Positions 26,064 to 37,642 of a stretch of DNA of 64,000 nt are shown here, piece after piece. The notes beneath the pieces were generated by a model. It made no database searches. It worked only from the letters and a program-made list of their open reading frames with translations, and was not told the DNA's origin. The translations under genes and the position numbers were made by a program. The first letter of the stretch is position 1, and each line of letters begins with the position of its first letter. Source of the stretch: Felis catus (taxonomy: Eukaryota); NCBI RefSeq assembly GCF_018350175.1, contig NC_058368.1:184700001-184764000 (forward strand). Reading direction: 5' to 3'.

Positions 26064-26500
26064 TGTGAGTGGGGGAGGGGCAGAGAGAGAAGCAGACACA
26101 GAATCTGAAGCAGGCTCCAGGCTCCATGCTGTCAGCACAGAGCCCGGAAACGGGGCTCAAACTCATGAACCCTGAGATCACGACCTGAGCTGAAGTAAGA
26201 TGCTTAACTGACTGAGCCACCCAGGTGCCCCTAAAGGATTACTCTTAGAAGTGGACAGACTGCTACAAGATGATGACAATCATCCAGATAAAAGGCAATG
26301 AGGGTCTGGACCAAATGATGGTGGTAAGAGGTACAGAGAAACGGCCACTACCAGCATATATTTAAAAAATAAAATCAATGGGATTTACTGATGAACTGGA
26401 CATCGAGTGTTATAGAAAGAGAAGCATCAAGGAAACACCAAAGTCTGGGGTCTAAACTGGAAAGATAAAATTTGTATATACAGAGATAGGAAAGACTAGA
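25410..26500 (-). mobile_element. L2 remnant interrupted by a nested SINE pair
   Basis: ACATTTGAACAGACACCTAAAGGA, GAGTCACTGAAGGGCTTTG, AATCATCCAGATAAAAGGCAATG. Confidence 0.75.
25758..26231 (-). mobile_element. Nested CanSINEs: young SINEC_Fc (25779-25999) in the tail of an older copy
   Basis: Outer TSD TAAA(A/G)GATTACT at 25747-25758 and 26232-26243; inner TSD TGTTT(A/C)TTT. Confidence 0.93.
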
Positions 26501-26869
26501 ATACTCATTTCCACATACTACTTTCTTAATTTTCCACTATTACAAATAATCTAAGTATCAAGAAGAGTTGATTTTAAATTACCAAATAAATTGTGATATA
26601 TTCAAACTATGTAACCAGTAAAATAAATTAAGTTAGACACACATCTTTCATGGAAAGAAATCCGTAACACATAACTAAGTCTCAAGTTACAAAATAATGT
26701 TTTTACAGTGATGTCACTGTATATATACATATTATCTGAAATAATATATAACAAACTTTAATGATAGCTATCTATAGAAACTGGTAGGTGAGGGGGAACT
26801 ATAATCAAGAATTTTATCAATTTTACCATTGTTTGAGGTTTTAACAATTTAATATTTTTACAATGATTT

Positions 26870-27063
26870 TTTCATTTTGAAAGAGACAGAGAGAGAGAGA
26901 CAGAGAACGAGTGGGGGAGCGGTAGAGAGAGGGAGAATTCCAAGCAGGCTCCATACTGTCAGCACAGAGCCCAACACAGGGCTCCAACTCATGAATATGA
27001 GATCACAACCTGAGCCAAAACCAAGAGTAGGATGCTTAACCACTGAGCAACCCAGGTGTTCCT
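26870..27063 (-). mobile_element. CanSINE
   Basis: SINE body in reverse orientation within decayed L1M-like sequence. Confidence 0.9.
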
Positions 27064-27164
27064 CAACTCAATTATTTTTTATTGTCATAAATGATTAGCA
27101 GGTATTGCTTTATTTTCTTTACATGATCATAAACAAGAGCACCTAGCCACTGAAGGCCGAATCA

Positions 27165-27680
27165 AAGTTATTAAATTCAGGCCTGGAATCTGAAGTCAGA
27201 TTCTGTGTTCAAATTCTGACTCTGCAGCTTATTAACTATGTGACCTAGAGAAAACTGCTCACCCTCTCTGTGCCTCAGTTGTTCATCTTTAAAAAGGAGT
27301 TACAGTAGTAAGAGAAAGTGGTGGTGAAGATTAAATAGGATAATGACTGCATGATTTTTAAAACAGTACCTGGTTGGGGCGCCTGGGTGGCGCAGTCGGT
27401 TAAGCGTCCGACTTCAGCCAGGTCACGATCTCGCGGTCCGTGAGTTCGAGCCCCGCGTCAGGCTCTGGGCTGACGGCTCAGAGCCTGGAGCCTGTTTCCG
27501 ATTCTGTGTCTCCCTCTCTCTCTGCCCCTCCCCCGTTCATGCTCTGTCTTTCTCTGTCCCAAAAATAAATAAACGTTGAAAAAAAAATTTAAAAAAATAA
27601 AATAAAATAAAATAAAATAAAATAAAATAAAATAAAATAAAATAAAACAGTACCTGGCACATAGCATATACTAAGCATTA
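27165..27680 (+). mobile_element. MIR split by a young SINE
   Basis: TGTGACCTAGAGAAAACTGCTCACCCTCTCTGTGCCTCAGTT core; continues CAGTACCTGGCACATAG after the SINE. Confidence 0.85.
27376..27643 (+). mobile_element. Young SINEC_Fc with (AAAAT)n tail
   Basis: CpG-intact body; perfect TSD AAAACAGTACCTGG at 27360-27373 and 27644-27657. Confidence 0.97.
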
Positions 27681-27725
27681 TGGATAAAACTCTCCCATGA
27701 AATAAATCACGAATTTTGTTTTGAC

Positions 27726-27929
27726 TTTTTTTTTTAATGTTTATTTATTTTTGAGAGACAGGGCATTATCAGGGGAGGGGCAGAGAGAGAGGGAAACAGA
27801 GAATCCAAAGCAGGCTCCAGGCTCTGAGCTGTCAGCACAGAGCCCCATGCGGGGCTCAAACTGACAGACCAGAAGATCATGACCTGAGCCAAAGTCAGAC
27901 ACTTAACCAACTAAGCCAATTAGGCACCC
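27726..27929 (-). mobile_element. CanSINE
   Basis: TSD ACGAATTTTG at 27709-27718 and 27931-27940. Confidence 0.95.
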
Positions 27930-28585
27930 TACGAATTTTGCTGGTTTTTTTAGTTGATTTATTTTTTTAATTTTCCAGTATGAAGGAGTGACTGTGTAAA
28001 TATGTGTGTGTGTACTTAAAGTTGGTGGGTTCAGATGGGAGGAAAACAAACACTGTTGAGAGTTTTAATTTCAATCACAGTCTGTGTTTGGAAGAAGAAG
28101 TCATCTTTGTAGACTCTAGTGCCCAAGAAGAAGATGTGATTTAATAACTTAAAAGATCAATAGAATAGGTAATGGTAAACTAAGAGAAAAAAAAAAGTCC
28201 TTGTAGGGACAAAAAACCTGAATGAACTATTTCAAATTATCAAGTTGATTACTTTTAAGATCTGGTCTTTTAAAAATATATATTGTTACTAATATTATTA
28301 TGGCTTACTTTTTAGAACTTATTACCATATCTACCAAAGTAGATGATGACCCAGAATAGAATTTCCCCCTTTTTCTCAATAAAAAGACCGCCTACAATGT
28401 TTGTAGCCAACTTAGGCATATAAACTTTTACATGAAGGTAGAAGACTTAAATATTTACTTTCAATGATTGATCTTTCAAACTTTTATACTCAGGCTTAAA
28501 ATCACATATGAACTACATTAATTCAGAATTACTCTTTACTACCTTGATGTTGCCTGAAATAATTTTATTCAAGTTCTTCACATAC

Positions 28586-28771
28586 ATCTTTGTCAGCATG
28601 TCTTTATTGGCCCTGGATTCACACTCTGAGATGCCTTAATGGTTCTCCAGAGTTCATCATGTTTGCTTCTGCCTCAATTGCTTGAATCTGTGCAAATGCA
28701 ATTGCTAACAATACTACCCATGCCTGAAGTATCACCAGCATTATATTAGGGCATTTACTCTTCTCATCATC
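28586..28771 (-). other. Candidate spliced exon (186 nt, probably non-coding/5'UTR)
   Basis: Acceptor TTCCTACAG|G and donor GAT|GTATGT around unique sequence; stops in all frames. Confidence 0.3.
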
Positions 28772-28788
28772 CTGTAGGAATATATTCC

Positions 28789-29007
28789 TTTTTTTAAAAT
28801 TTTTGTTTACCATTTATTCATCTTTGAGAGACAAAGCATGAGTGGGGGAAAAGCAGAGAGAAAGGGAGACACAGAAGCCAAAACAGGCTCCAAGCTCTGA
28901 GCTAGCTGTCAGCACAGAACCCGACAGAGGGCTCAAACTCACTGGCTGCTGGATCATGACCTGAGCTGAAGCTGGACACTTAACAGACTGAGCCACCCAG
29001 TCATCCC
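28789..29007 (-). mobile_element. CanSINE
   Basis: Perfect TSD AGGAATATATTCC at 28776-28788 and 29011-29023. Confidence 0.96.
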
Positions 29008-29379
29008 AGAAGGAATATATTCCAATGTCCACAAACCCAAACACAGAATTTTCCTTTCTTAAAGACTCTTTAAAAGTTTTGTTTACACTAACATATAGTA
29101 TTTAAAATTGTGAGGACAACCTACAGGAACAACTCCTACAGCTGTGTTAAATTCTTTTGCTTCTTTTTTAAGGCTATGATGGCAGATGATCTCTTTAAGT
29201 AACTAACATTCACTGAGGTCGTTAGGACTTATGTATTTTCCCCAAACTTTGACATTTTTTTACAATGTATCCCTTAGGAGAGGCTTCATAAGAACTTTTT
29301 ACTAAATGCCAATTCAATCTTCTACAAGATAATATTCGGGGGAAAAGAAAGCCTTTCTTATGTTTAAACATCAATCAGA

Positions 29380-29600
29380 CATTATGCTAAGAATCTTATA
29401 TGCAGTGTCTTTTCAATAAAATCCTCAGAATAACCGTGTAGGGTAGATAATATTATTGTTTCCATTTTCCAGATAAGAAAACTGAGGCAATTACGTAACC
29501 TACCTAAGGCAGTTACATAACTTGCCCAAACTCACAGAGCCAAAAAGTGATGGTTATTTGAAAATCCAAAATCTCAAGCTCTCAGCCACTACTTTCTGTG
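29380..29600 (-). mobile_element. MIR
   Basis: TCCATTTTCCAGATAAGAAAACTGAGGC..TAACTTGCCCAAACTCACAGAGC. Confidence 0.85.
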
Positions 29601-30239
29601 ACACTCCCAGTCAAGATTGCTGGCATAACAAACATTTTGAAGAAAGGCTAAGAAAAATGAAAGGGAAGGATCCAGAGAAAAGCATGAATCGTTTTATTAT
29701 ACAAGGCCAAGAATTCAACAGGAAAGAAAAATCTGGTCAAAGCTACAGAACCCACAAGGGATTAAAGTTGAGTAAAATTTTTCTAAAAATGCAGCTTGTT
29801 AGAGCCTTGAAGCTTTACTTATATGAGAATTTATCCTGTCTGTTTTTTTTCAAAAAGGTAAAGGTCAGGGCTAGGGAAGTGTGATGTTTCCTATGACATA
29901 ATAACAGTCTTTGACATCAGTAGGTAGAAAACTTCATTCTGGACAGTAAGCTGTGTAAGAAGAAAAGGGGAAGCTAAATCAAACAGGTTAAGTCAAGAAA
30001 ATATAATTCAACTACTTTGTAAGTTTATTCAATGGTATTTTTGTGGAATGTACTTGATTATTCAATAAAGGTACCCTGAGTATTCATTATTTGACTACCA
30101 CTTTGTTAAACACTTTAAGTTTATAAAATAAAAAAAAAGTGTTCTCAGTCTATTTAAAATTTAAGAGTAAGTACTTATCGTTGGATGATAGGATTATGTT
30201 TTCACTTTCCCTTTTGGACTATATTTTCTAGCTATATCA

Positions 30240-30385
30240 ACACAGGTAAATTAATCTAAGCCTCCATTTTCTCATCTATAAAGCATGAATAATAATAATA
30301 GTATCCAGCTCATAAAATTCATATGAAAAATAGATGAAATAATGATACATAGTAAATGCTTTCAATAAATATTAGCTATTATTTC
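30240..30385 (+). mobile_element. MIR fragment
   Basis: CTAAGCCTCCATTTTCTCATCTATAAA..AATAAATATTAGCTATTATT. Confidence 0.75.
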
Positions 30386-30989
30386 ATTTTTATTGTTATT
30401 TTAAATGCTTGCTATTTTTTAATGGGACCTTTATAATCCAATTGTGGTTGAGGAACAATACTTACCCAAATTTAAATAGCTCTTATTTAAATAATTTATT
30501 GCCACCATAAAGCAATATGTAATTAAGTACGTAATAAATGTCAAACAGAATCATGAACTCAGAGGAGAGATCATTTTTGCCTAGACTGGTCAGAAAGAGC
30601 TTGAGAGACAATTCAAGTTTCCATGAATGAAGAGAAAGGAAAAAGCACAGGCAAAACCAATGTCAGAAGCCAGGAAAAAATTAAGCTCAAATCATGGCAC
30701 CTGGAATAGAAGTAACTAAGAGGTAATAAGGAAACAGCAAAGAGCATTGAGGGCATTTGTTCATCCAATTCCAAGATCAACAAAGCCTTTCTAAGTTTTG
30801 TCCATCCTGCTATTCGAACATCTACTTCTTAGAAGAAGAGAAAAGCTATTCTCCCTTCTCCAATGCCTTATGCTCTGGGAATTCTTTCTTCATTCCTTTT
30901 CCACCTGGAAGTCTTCTAAGAGTTCTGTAAGCTCACCTATATTGCTCTTTACAAACGTAAAGAGGTTTCTCTGTGCCAGGTGCTACAGT

Positions 30990-31175
30990 AGAATGATCAC
31001 AGGCTGAGAAATCAGCCTTAAATTCTAGTCCTGGCTTTGCTAATATTACTTAAATTTCAGAGTCTCAGCCTTTCCATTTGTAACATGGGGTGGTAACAAC
31101 ATGGTTAAGAACATTAATTTGTTAAAGTTGAGAAGGTGTTTAGTACAGCAGGCATAAAGTTAGAAGTTAAATAAG
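30990..31175 (+). mobile_element. MIR fragment
   Basis: AATTCTAGTCCTGGCTTTGC..GTCTCAGCCTTTCCATTTGTAACATGGGG. Confidence 0.65.
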
Positions 31176-31514
31176 AGATGAGACTGTTATGAAAATGAAG
31201 ACAAGGAAAGAAGAATAAGTGAATGTAAGGCACAATTTCATTACAGATTTTTTTTTTTTTTTGGCAACCCTTAAAGAGAGTCAAAAACAAATGGATCATT
31301 AGGAAACCAAGGAGGAAAAAAAGCATTTCAAAGCTGATCTACCTTGGCTTCTAGTCTAAACATTTTCAGCAATAGATCTCTACAATATGTTTCATAACTT
31401 GAAATACAGAATCTGTTAACACCTATACTAATATAATTGCCCTTACATTTTAGTGAGAAGCCCCTATTCTTATATTTAATGATATGAAAAGTGCTTGTAC
31501 TGCCTTAATTTTTT

Positions 31515-31975
31515 TTGCTTGTACACAAACGTTCATAGCCACTTTATTTGTAACAGCCAAAATCTGGAAACAACCTAAATGTCAATCAACAGGTAGTTTA
31601 TCCCTACAATGGAATATACTCAGCCATAAGAAGGCACAAAATACCCACAACATGAACAAATCTCTAAAGCACAGTGGCAAGCAAAAAAAGTCAAACACAA
31701 AAGACCACACACTATAGAAGTCCACTTAATGTCATCATTCTAAATACAGCGATAAAAACTACAGCGATAAAAATCAGATCAGTGGTTGCTTGGGGATGGG
31801 GATCAGGGTTACCACCGAGTCCTGAGAAAACTCAAGGTAATGAATGTTCCTATATCTTGATGGTGGTAGTGGTGGTTATTCCACTGTATACAGTTACCAG
31901 AACTCAAACTCTACAGGATAATAGGTGAATTGTATTATATGAAATTATACCTCAATATACTGGGGACAAAAAAAT
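31515..31975 (+). mobile_element. L1M (L1MB/ME-like) 3' end
   Basis: GCCAAAATCTGGAAACAACCTAAATGTC..ACAATGGAATATACTCAGC..AAATTATACCTCAATA. Confidence 0.8.
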
Positions 31976-31989
31976 CTATAAGGTAACTT

Positions 31990-32351
31990 CTGCTTCCTAA
32001 CAAGTAATAGGAACCTTTTCATACAGTTTTATTTTTTTATACACAGTTTTAAAGCAATGATGCAAACAGAAAAAGGCCCTAATATTTTTTCAGTCATTCA
32101 AAAAGTTTACACTCTGTTCCAAAAAAAAACTTGCATACTGTAAATGTGAGAAAAATATGCTATTCACCTGCTGCTTCCTAACAAGTAATAGGAACCTTTT
32201 CATACACAGTTTTATTTTTTATACACAGTTTTAAAGCAATGATGCAAACAGAAAAAGGCCCTAATATTTTTTCAGTCATTCAAGAAGTTTACACTCTGTT
32301 CCAAAAAAAACTTGCATACTGTAAATGTGAGAAAAATACGCTATTCACCTG
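31990..32351. repeat. 181-bp head-to-tail tandem duplication
   Basis: Copy 1 at 31990-32170 and copy 2 at 32171-32351, both CTGCTTCCTAACAAG...CTATTCACCTG; two substitutions and three small slippage indels. Confidence 0.97.
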
Positions 32352-32579
32352 TCTGTATCCGATTTCAAGGGCTTTGAGAGTTTCTAGCATTTGTATAAGC
32401 TCTGCTGCTTTCCATAGAATTGGCTGCTTCTTCTCCTAGTATTAATTTTGCTGTATACGTGAACTCAACAAAACGACAAAAGGCCATTTTACTAACACCT
32501 TCTATCTCCGCCTAAAGTTCCTGGGTAAACCCCTGAAAGAATTTTAAAAGAACTTACTTCAAGCAGCCAAAAGAGCCTG

Positions 32580-32960
32580 ATGGGCCCTAAAATGGTGTCC
32601 GCTGACAATCAGAATGATACAAGCTGGGCCTGCCCTCCCTGTCCACACAGTAGGTCCAGGATCATCATAAAACGCTCAGGGAAATCCGGAAGGGATTCCA
32701 TCGTCCTTTCGGCCTCACCACCAAGGAGACGCAGCAGACACAGGGTGTCGGAGCACCAGGCGCCACGTGACACAGCCACTACCCCGGCGCGGAGGAGCTA
32801 GGGCACAGGCCACGCCCACACACCCGCCCCCTTCCTCTAGGTGGGGCGGAGCCATCCCAGGAGATTTGCAAGGCCAGGTGCTGGGAGGAGGAAATTGGAC
32901 TGCTGCAGAGTGGTTCTGCCCACGCGGAGCCTGGCTGTGCTGGGAGTGGGGGTCCTCAAT
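32580..32960 (-). promoter_or_regulatory. Small CpG/GC-rich promoter-like element, probable minus-strand first exon
   Basis: Strongest non-repeat CpG cluster in the window. E-box CACGTG at 32764-32769 (GTCACGTGG on minus); SP/KLF boxes GCCACGCCC 32809-32817, CCCGCCCC 32823-32830, GGGGCGGAGC 32843-32852; ETS CCGGAAG 32686-32692. Minus-strand donors GTG|GTGAGG (exon end 32719) and GAA|GTAAGT (32558). Confidence 0.7.
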
Positions 32961-33329
32961 CCCCACACTTACTTGTCTCCCATCCCTACTTGAGTCCCGG
33001 TATGAGCTTCTGATCTGAACCTTAGAATTGGCCCTTAAATTTCTTACAGTAGGTCTAAACTTGGTCTCAAAAAGTCACATTTTCCTCACATTTATACTGT
33101 ATCAGTCGACATATCAAATAAAACCGCCCTCATTCATTATTTTGCATTGACCGTTTCATATTTGTTTATACAACCAATACTTTTCCATGAGTTCTGGGCC
33201 AGGAACTGTGCTAGTTGTTAGGACTACAACAAGGACCCTAAGAGATGCAGGTCCTGCCCCTCCCTGGTCTTACAGTCTGGTGTCATCTCACACGGTTCCC
33301 CGTCTTCAGGGAGGGCAGCAATAGGACAT

Positions 33330-33550
33330 CACTGAACACCTACCATACACCACACTGCAAGAGACACTTAACCTGCATCCTTATGTAACCCCACAACAGC
33401 CAGCTGAAGTAGCATTCTCATCATTGCCCAAATGTACAAACAAGGACCGTGAAACCAGAGGTTAAGAAATTTTTTCTAACATATACGTAGGGTCAGTCCT
33501 AGGCAAAAATCTAAATGTGATTGTGACATAGCTGATCCATGGTACTGTCT
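33330..33550 (-). mobile_element. MIR, preceded by an L2 tail fragment (about 33160-33290)
   Basis: ACTGAACACCTACCATA..TAACCCCACAACAGC..CCAGAGGTTAAG. Confidence 0.6.
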
Positions 33551-33688
33551 TGCCCTGATCTTGCCACACAGAGCCTCAGACTGGCCTTTTTCTATTTTCC
33601 TTAAATGCCACTGTATGAAGGATTATCCACTCAGCCAAATTAGCGCTCATTAAAATTTTAAGCCAACGAGCAACATTTCCCTTAAGTC

Positions 33689-33871
33689 CAGTGACTCTCA
33701 AACTATAGCAGCATTAGAACCATTTGAGCAGCTGATTAAAATACAGGTTGCTGGGCCTCACTCCAGCATTTGATTTAGCACGTCTGGGGTCAGGCCCAAG
33801 AATTGACATTTCTACCAAATTCCCCCAGGGATGCTGATACTGCTGGCTCAGGGACATTTTGAGAATCACTA
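33689..33871. mobile_element. MER5A-like hAT fossil
   Basis: TIRs CAGTGACTCTCAAA ... TTTGAGAATCACT; internal GGTTGCTGGGCC, GGCCCAAGAATTGACATTTCTA. Confidence 0.85.
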
Positions 33872-34061
33872 AACTAAAAGGACAAATAGGGCTTCTAGCC
33901 CATTTAATCTAAAGAGTTCAAAGTTAACAACAAAAATCTACAAAACTCTTCTTGTTACCTACTTAAAACATGGAAATAGGAACGTCCAGAGCACAGGAGA
34001 GAAGTTCTCTCACTTGAAACCATTTACAGGAGAAGCAAATGAAGTTAAAAAACTTATGTGG

Positions 34062-34280
34062 ATCCCAAGGTAAACTATGGACTTTGAGTGATAATGATGT
34101 GGCAGTGTAGCTTCATCATTTGTAACAAATGTACCACTCTGGTAGGAGATGTTGGTAATGGGAAAGGCTGTGCATGTGCCCAGCAAGGGGTTTGTGAAAA
34201 ATCTCTGAACCTTCCCCTCAGTTTTGCTGTGAACCTAAAACTGCCCTAACAAAAGAAAATGTTAGTGGGAAAAAAAAATA
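34062..34280 (+). mobile_element. 5'-truncated L1MC-like 3' end
   Basis: TAAACTATGGACTTTGAGTGATAATGATGT..GTGAACCTAAAACTGC plus A tail; imperfect TSD AAAAA(C)TTATGTGG(A)TCC. Confidence 0.85.
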
Positions 34281-35618
34281 AAAAATTATGTGGTCCTTGA
34301 TTATGAAAGACGTGACAAGGCTGAATCCTGATGTCAAAGGCTACAGGATTTATAGAGCAAAGAATACACTTACTCCTGTGCCACAGTTTTATACATGGAG
34401 AGCAATAAATACATTACAGATATCAGATATCACTCCCCTTAGTACCCCAGAAGGCAGAGTGGGGGTAACTTGGGATGGCCTGGATCTCATGAACAGCTTC
34501 ATTCAGACCAAATTCATTTGAGTTTTTCTTATGCCCTGCCTCACACCTACCATTTGGAAAATGTAGGTTTGATCTGGAATAGGGTCCAGAAATCTGCATT
34601 TCTCCTATTACACTAAATTTTGAGAAAAATTAGACGGTTGTGAATGCCTCTGGGAAATATTAACTATATTCAAAACAATCCTTCCATTGTCACTTCTTAA
34701 AATGTTCTGAGCAGGCATTAAATACTGGGGTCAACAACAAAGCCCAGCAGGCAGCAACTTGCTTTCCATCGCTCAATTTTCCACATGGTCAATAAGCTCT
34801 GCAAATCAGGCTCGTATTGGGTCAGTGGATCTTTAATCTCCCAGATGATCTGAACTAGAAAGATGGCCCAGCAGCAAGCCAATACTGAATTAATTTCCCT
34901 TAAAATCTATATTCCATATATCTGGTCATCCCTAATTTTTAGATGACCTAGCTTCATCTAGGGTGTCAGCACCAACCCAGCCCCAAATGATTCTATTACT
35001 CAAGGAACCTGGATCTGATTAAGCATTAAGTACGTGTGTGAATGTGAACAGAAGGAAGAAAAGGGGAGGTTAATTGGTGTATGTTAGAGGTTAAGAAACC
35101 ATTTTCCTTCCCAACTCATGCCCTCATTAACCAGATGCCTACCGTATACATGTGCTGTGTACTAGACCCTGAAACTCCAAAGGAGCACAAAATCATGATG
35201 TCTACCCTTGTAGAGCCTACAGTCTAGTGAACAAGAGTCTGCTAACCAGCAGAAACAGAGGGGGAGTAATCCCTGCCTTAAATACACACATATGGATACC
35301 CAAAACAAAACACAGTTGGAAAAAAAAATGACAAATTACAGTAGTAAAATAGATGGATTTAGCATCTTCACTTTAGAAAGAAGACACTGCATACTTTACT
35401 CCAGCAACATCCTGAATAAATTGTCCACATATTCCATTCTGCATAGGATTCAGGACAGCCCTAATCAAATCATGCCCTATAGTTGCCCTAAAATCTCTCT
35501 CAACAAAACAACTATGATGCCTGGGTCCTTCAGCTACTCATCCCTTCCTTTTGATTATGCCCTTTTCCCTGATCCTTTCATAACAACAATTACATTTCAT
35601 AAGATTTATTCCTGAAGC

Positions 35619-35771
35619 CAGGAATTCTCAGACTTTGGTGAGTGTAAGAGGTCTTTTAAAACTGTAGATTCCTGGGCCTTTCCCTCAAGATTCTGAGTCA
35701 GTTGTCTAGAATAATATTCAGAAAGTCTTCATTTTTAACAATCATCTTAAGTGCTTGATGCTTCTGATGCC
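35619..35771. mobile_element. MER5-like fragment
   Basis: GTAGATTCCTGGGCC..AGATTCTGAGTCAG..CATTTTTAACAA..TTCTGATGC. Confidence 0.6.
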
Positions 35772-36730
35772 AGACCCCGAGGTTTATAAGTGGTGTTTCA
35801 TTTATTGCTCAAAATAGCCCTCCTTACAGACGGGGACCTGAAGGTTAAATAATTTGCCTAAATTCACACAGCAAGGAAATGGCAGATTCAGGATCCTAAC
35901 AGAGCTCCCAGACCCCAAAGCCCAAGGACAACCCAAAGTTGGTAAGCCAAATGCCAGAGGCAATTAAATTCAAAACTCATAAGTTTTAAGGGGAAACAGA
36001 AAGAAGTTTTAGGCTCAGAGAAGGGAAAAATAAGCAATGAAATCAGAAAGGACTCAGAAACAGATTTTGCCAGCCACTCAATTTTGCCTGGGGACAGCTC
36101 CAGTCATGTTAAGGCCACAGGTACCCCAACATAAACAAGGCAAAGCACTTTCTATAAATGAGTCAAGAGAAAAAAAAAAAAAAAACCTTGAGATTTTACA
36201 TGCAATTAATTGCAAAGACATTTCTTAATGGCAGCTTTCTCTTGCCTTTCCAAATTAATGAGTCAGAAAAGCACTCCTCTCAATAGCATCTTCAGAAGTA
36301 GGCAAGCCGCCCTCCTGGGCTCTGATTAAAACAGAACACAGGACCTTCAGCTAAATGCTGCAATGTCCTCCAATTGAGAAAGTCATCTCAAAGCTGTAAA
36401 CGCCTATGCACAGATTCCTTCCTTGAGTCCTTTGTGGTCCCAGAAGAAAAAGAGAGGTGGGGAAAGAGATGAAGATGTGTCATTTGGGTAACATTTTGGA
36501 TATCACTAGAGGTAGTTAACTCACATGAAAGATGGTTCTTTCTGTAAAGGAAAATGCCCTTTTTATTGATAAATAAAAAGTTATGCAAGTAAAGAATGTG
36601 GAGACGGGGGAAAAAAACAAAATATCGTATGTCAGGAAACATACTCAACAGCATTTTCAGGTCCTTCCTGTTTTCACTACAGGGGTGTCTGTTTCTGAAC
36701 CCTTTCTGAATTCATTGCTTTCTGATTTCA

Positions 36731-36758
36731 GTGTGTGTGTGTGTGTGTGTGTGTGTGT
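36731..36758. repeat. (GT)n microsatellite
   Basis: About 14 GT units. Confidence 0.97.
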
Positions 36759-37422
36759 AACAAATATTGGGGAGGAACTAATATTGAACAAATTTTCTTT
36801 TTATAACGTCCAGTCTATGAATAGAGTAGGTCTGGTGGGCACCAGCCTGTTCTCAAATTAAACTCCAAGTTAAAAGGCCTGGGTGGCTACCTGGTGGTTT
36901 GCATTCTGCAGAGCCTTGCCTTTTTAATGAACCAACAAGGGCCCACCTGTGTTTGCTACATGTCCCTTGGATAATTAATGCTGGTAATAACACCTAAGTG
37001 TTAGCACACAAAGCACCTGGAATGCGACTCGCTGTACACATTCTAATCACATCAGCCATCGAACTCTCCAAATGACCTTCTTCAAAACAATGACTGTCTT
37101 TGAAACCACAGAAGCCAATCTAGGAGAAAGCGGTTTCCCAGGATTTGGCTGCAGCTGAGCAGTTCTTAAAGCTAGAGTGGCACCAAGTGGTCAGGAAGGG
37201 AATTGGGCTGCCAGTTTGTATTTGCATCCTCCGAGCAGGCTGTAGGCATGTCAATCCAACGCTGTTCTCAGGCACCTGGAGGTTGTCGTCCATCTCCTCA
37301 GAGCGGTTGACCAAGACTGGGGAGGAAAACGGAGCCCCATATACCCCTGACATTTTAAAGGTGATCCTGAAACCCACATAAGCCCTAAACTATCCTAAAT
37401 TTTTGGAGACTGATGTTGTTAA

Positions 37423-37642
37423 TTTTTTTTTTTTTTTTTAACATTTATTCTTGAGAGAGAGAGAGAAAGTGCGCGATAGGGGGAGGGACAGAGAGACAGG
37501 GAGACACAGAATCCAAAGCAGGCTTCAGGCTCTGTGTTGTCAGTGCAGGGCCCACCCAATGAGGGGCTAGAACTCACAAACTATGAGACCACGACCTGAG
37601 CCGAAGTCAGATGCTTAACTGACTGAGCCACCCAGGTGCCCC
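37423..37642 (-). mobile_element. CanSINE
   Basis: Poly(T), (GA)n, body, and reverse-complement head CCACCCAGGTGCCCC. Confidence 0.95.

Noticed and set aside
28619..28813. ORF with a signal-peptide-like stretch (MLVILQAWVVLLAIAFAQIQA)
   Set aside because: The listed start lies in a SINE tail, the frame stops after about 40 further codons, and I recognise no homologue. At most a uORF.
29522..29884. 120-aa ORF
   Set aside because: Begins at a non-ATG codon inside a MIR; no splice or homology support.
32558..32960. Assigning a gene name to the promoter
   Set aside because: No coding exon in the window and no UTR sequence that I truly recognise; any name would be a guess.
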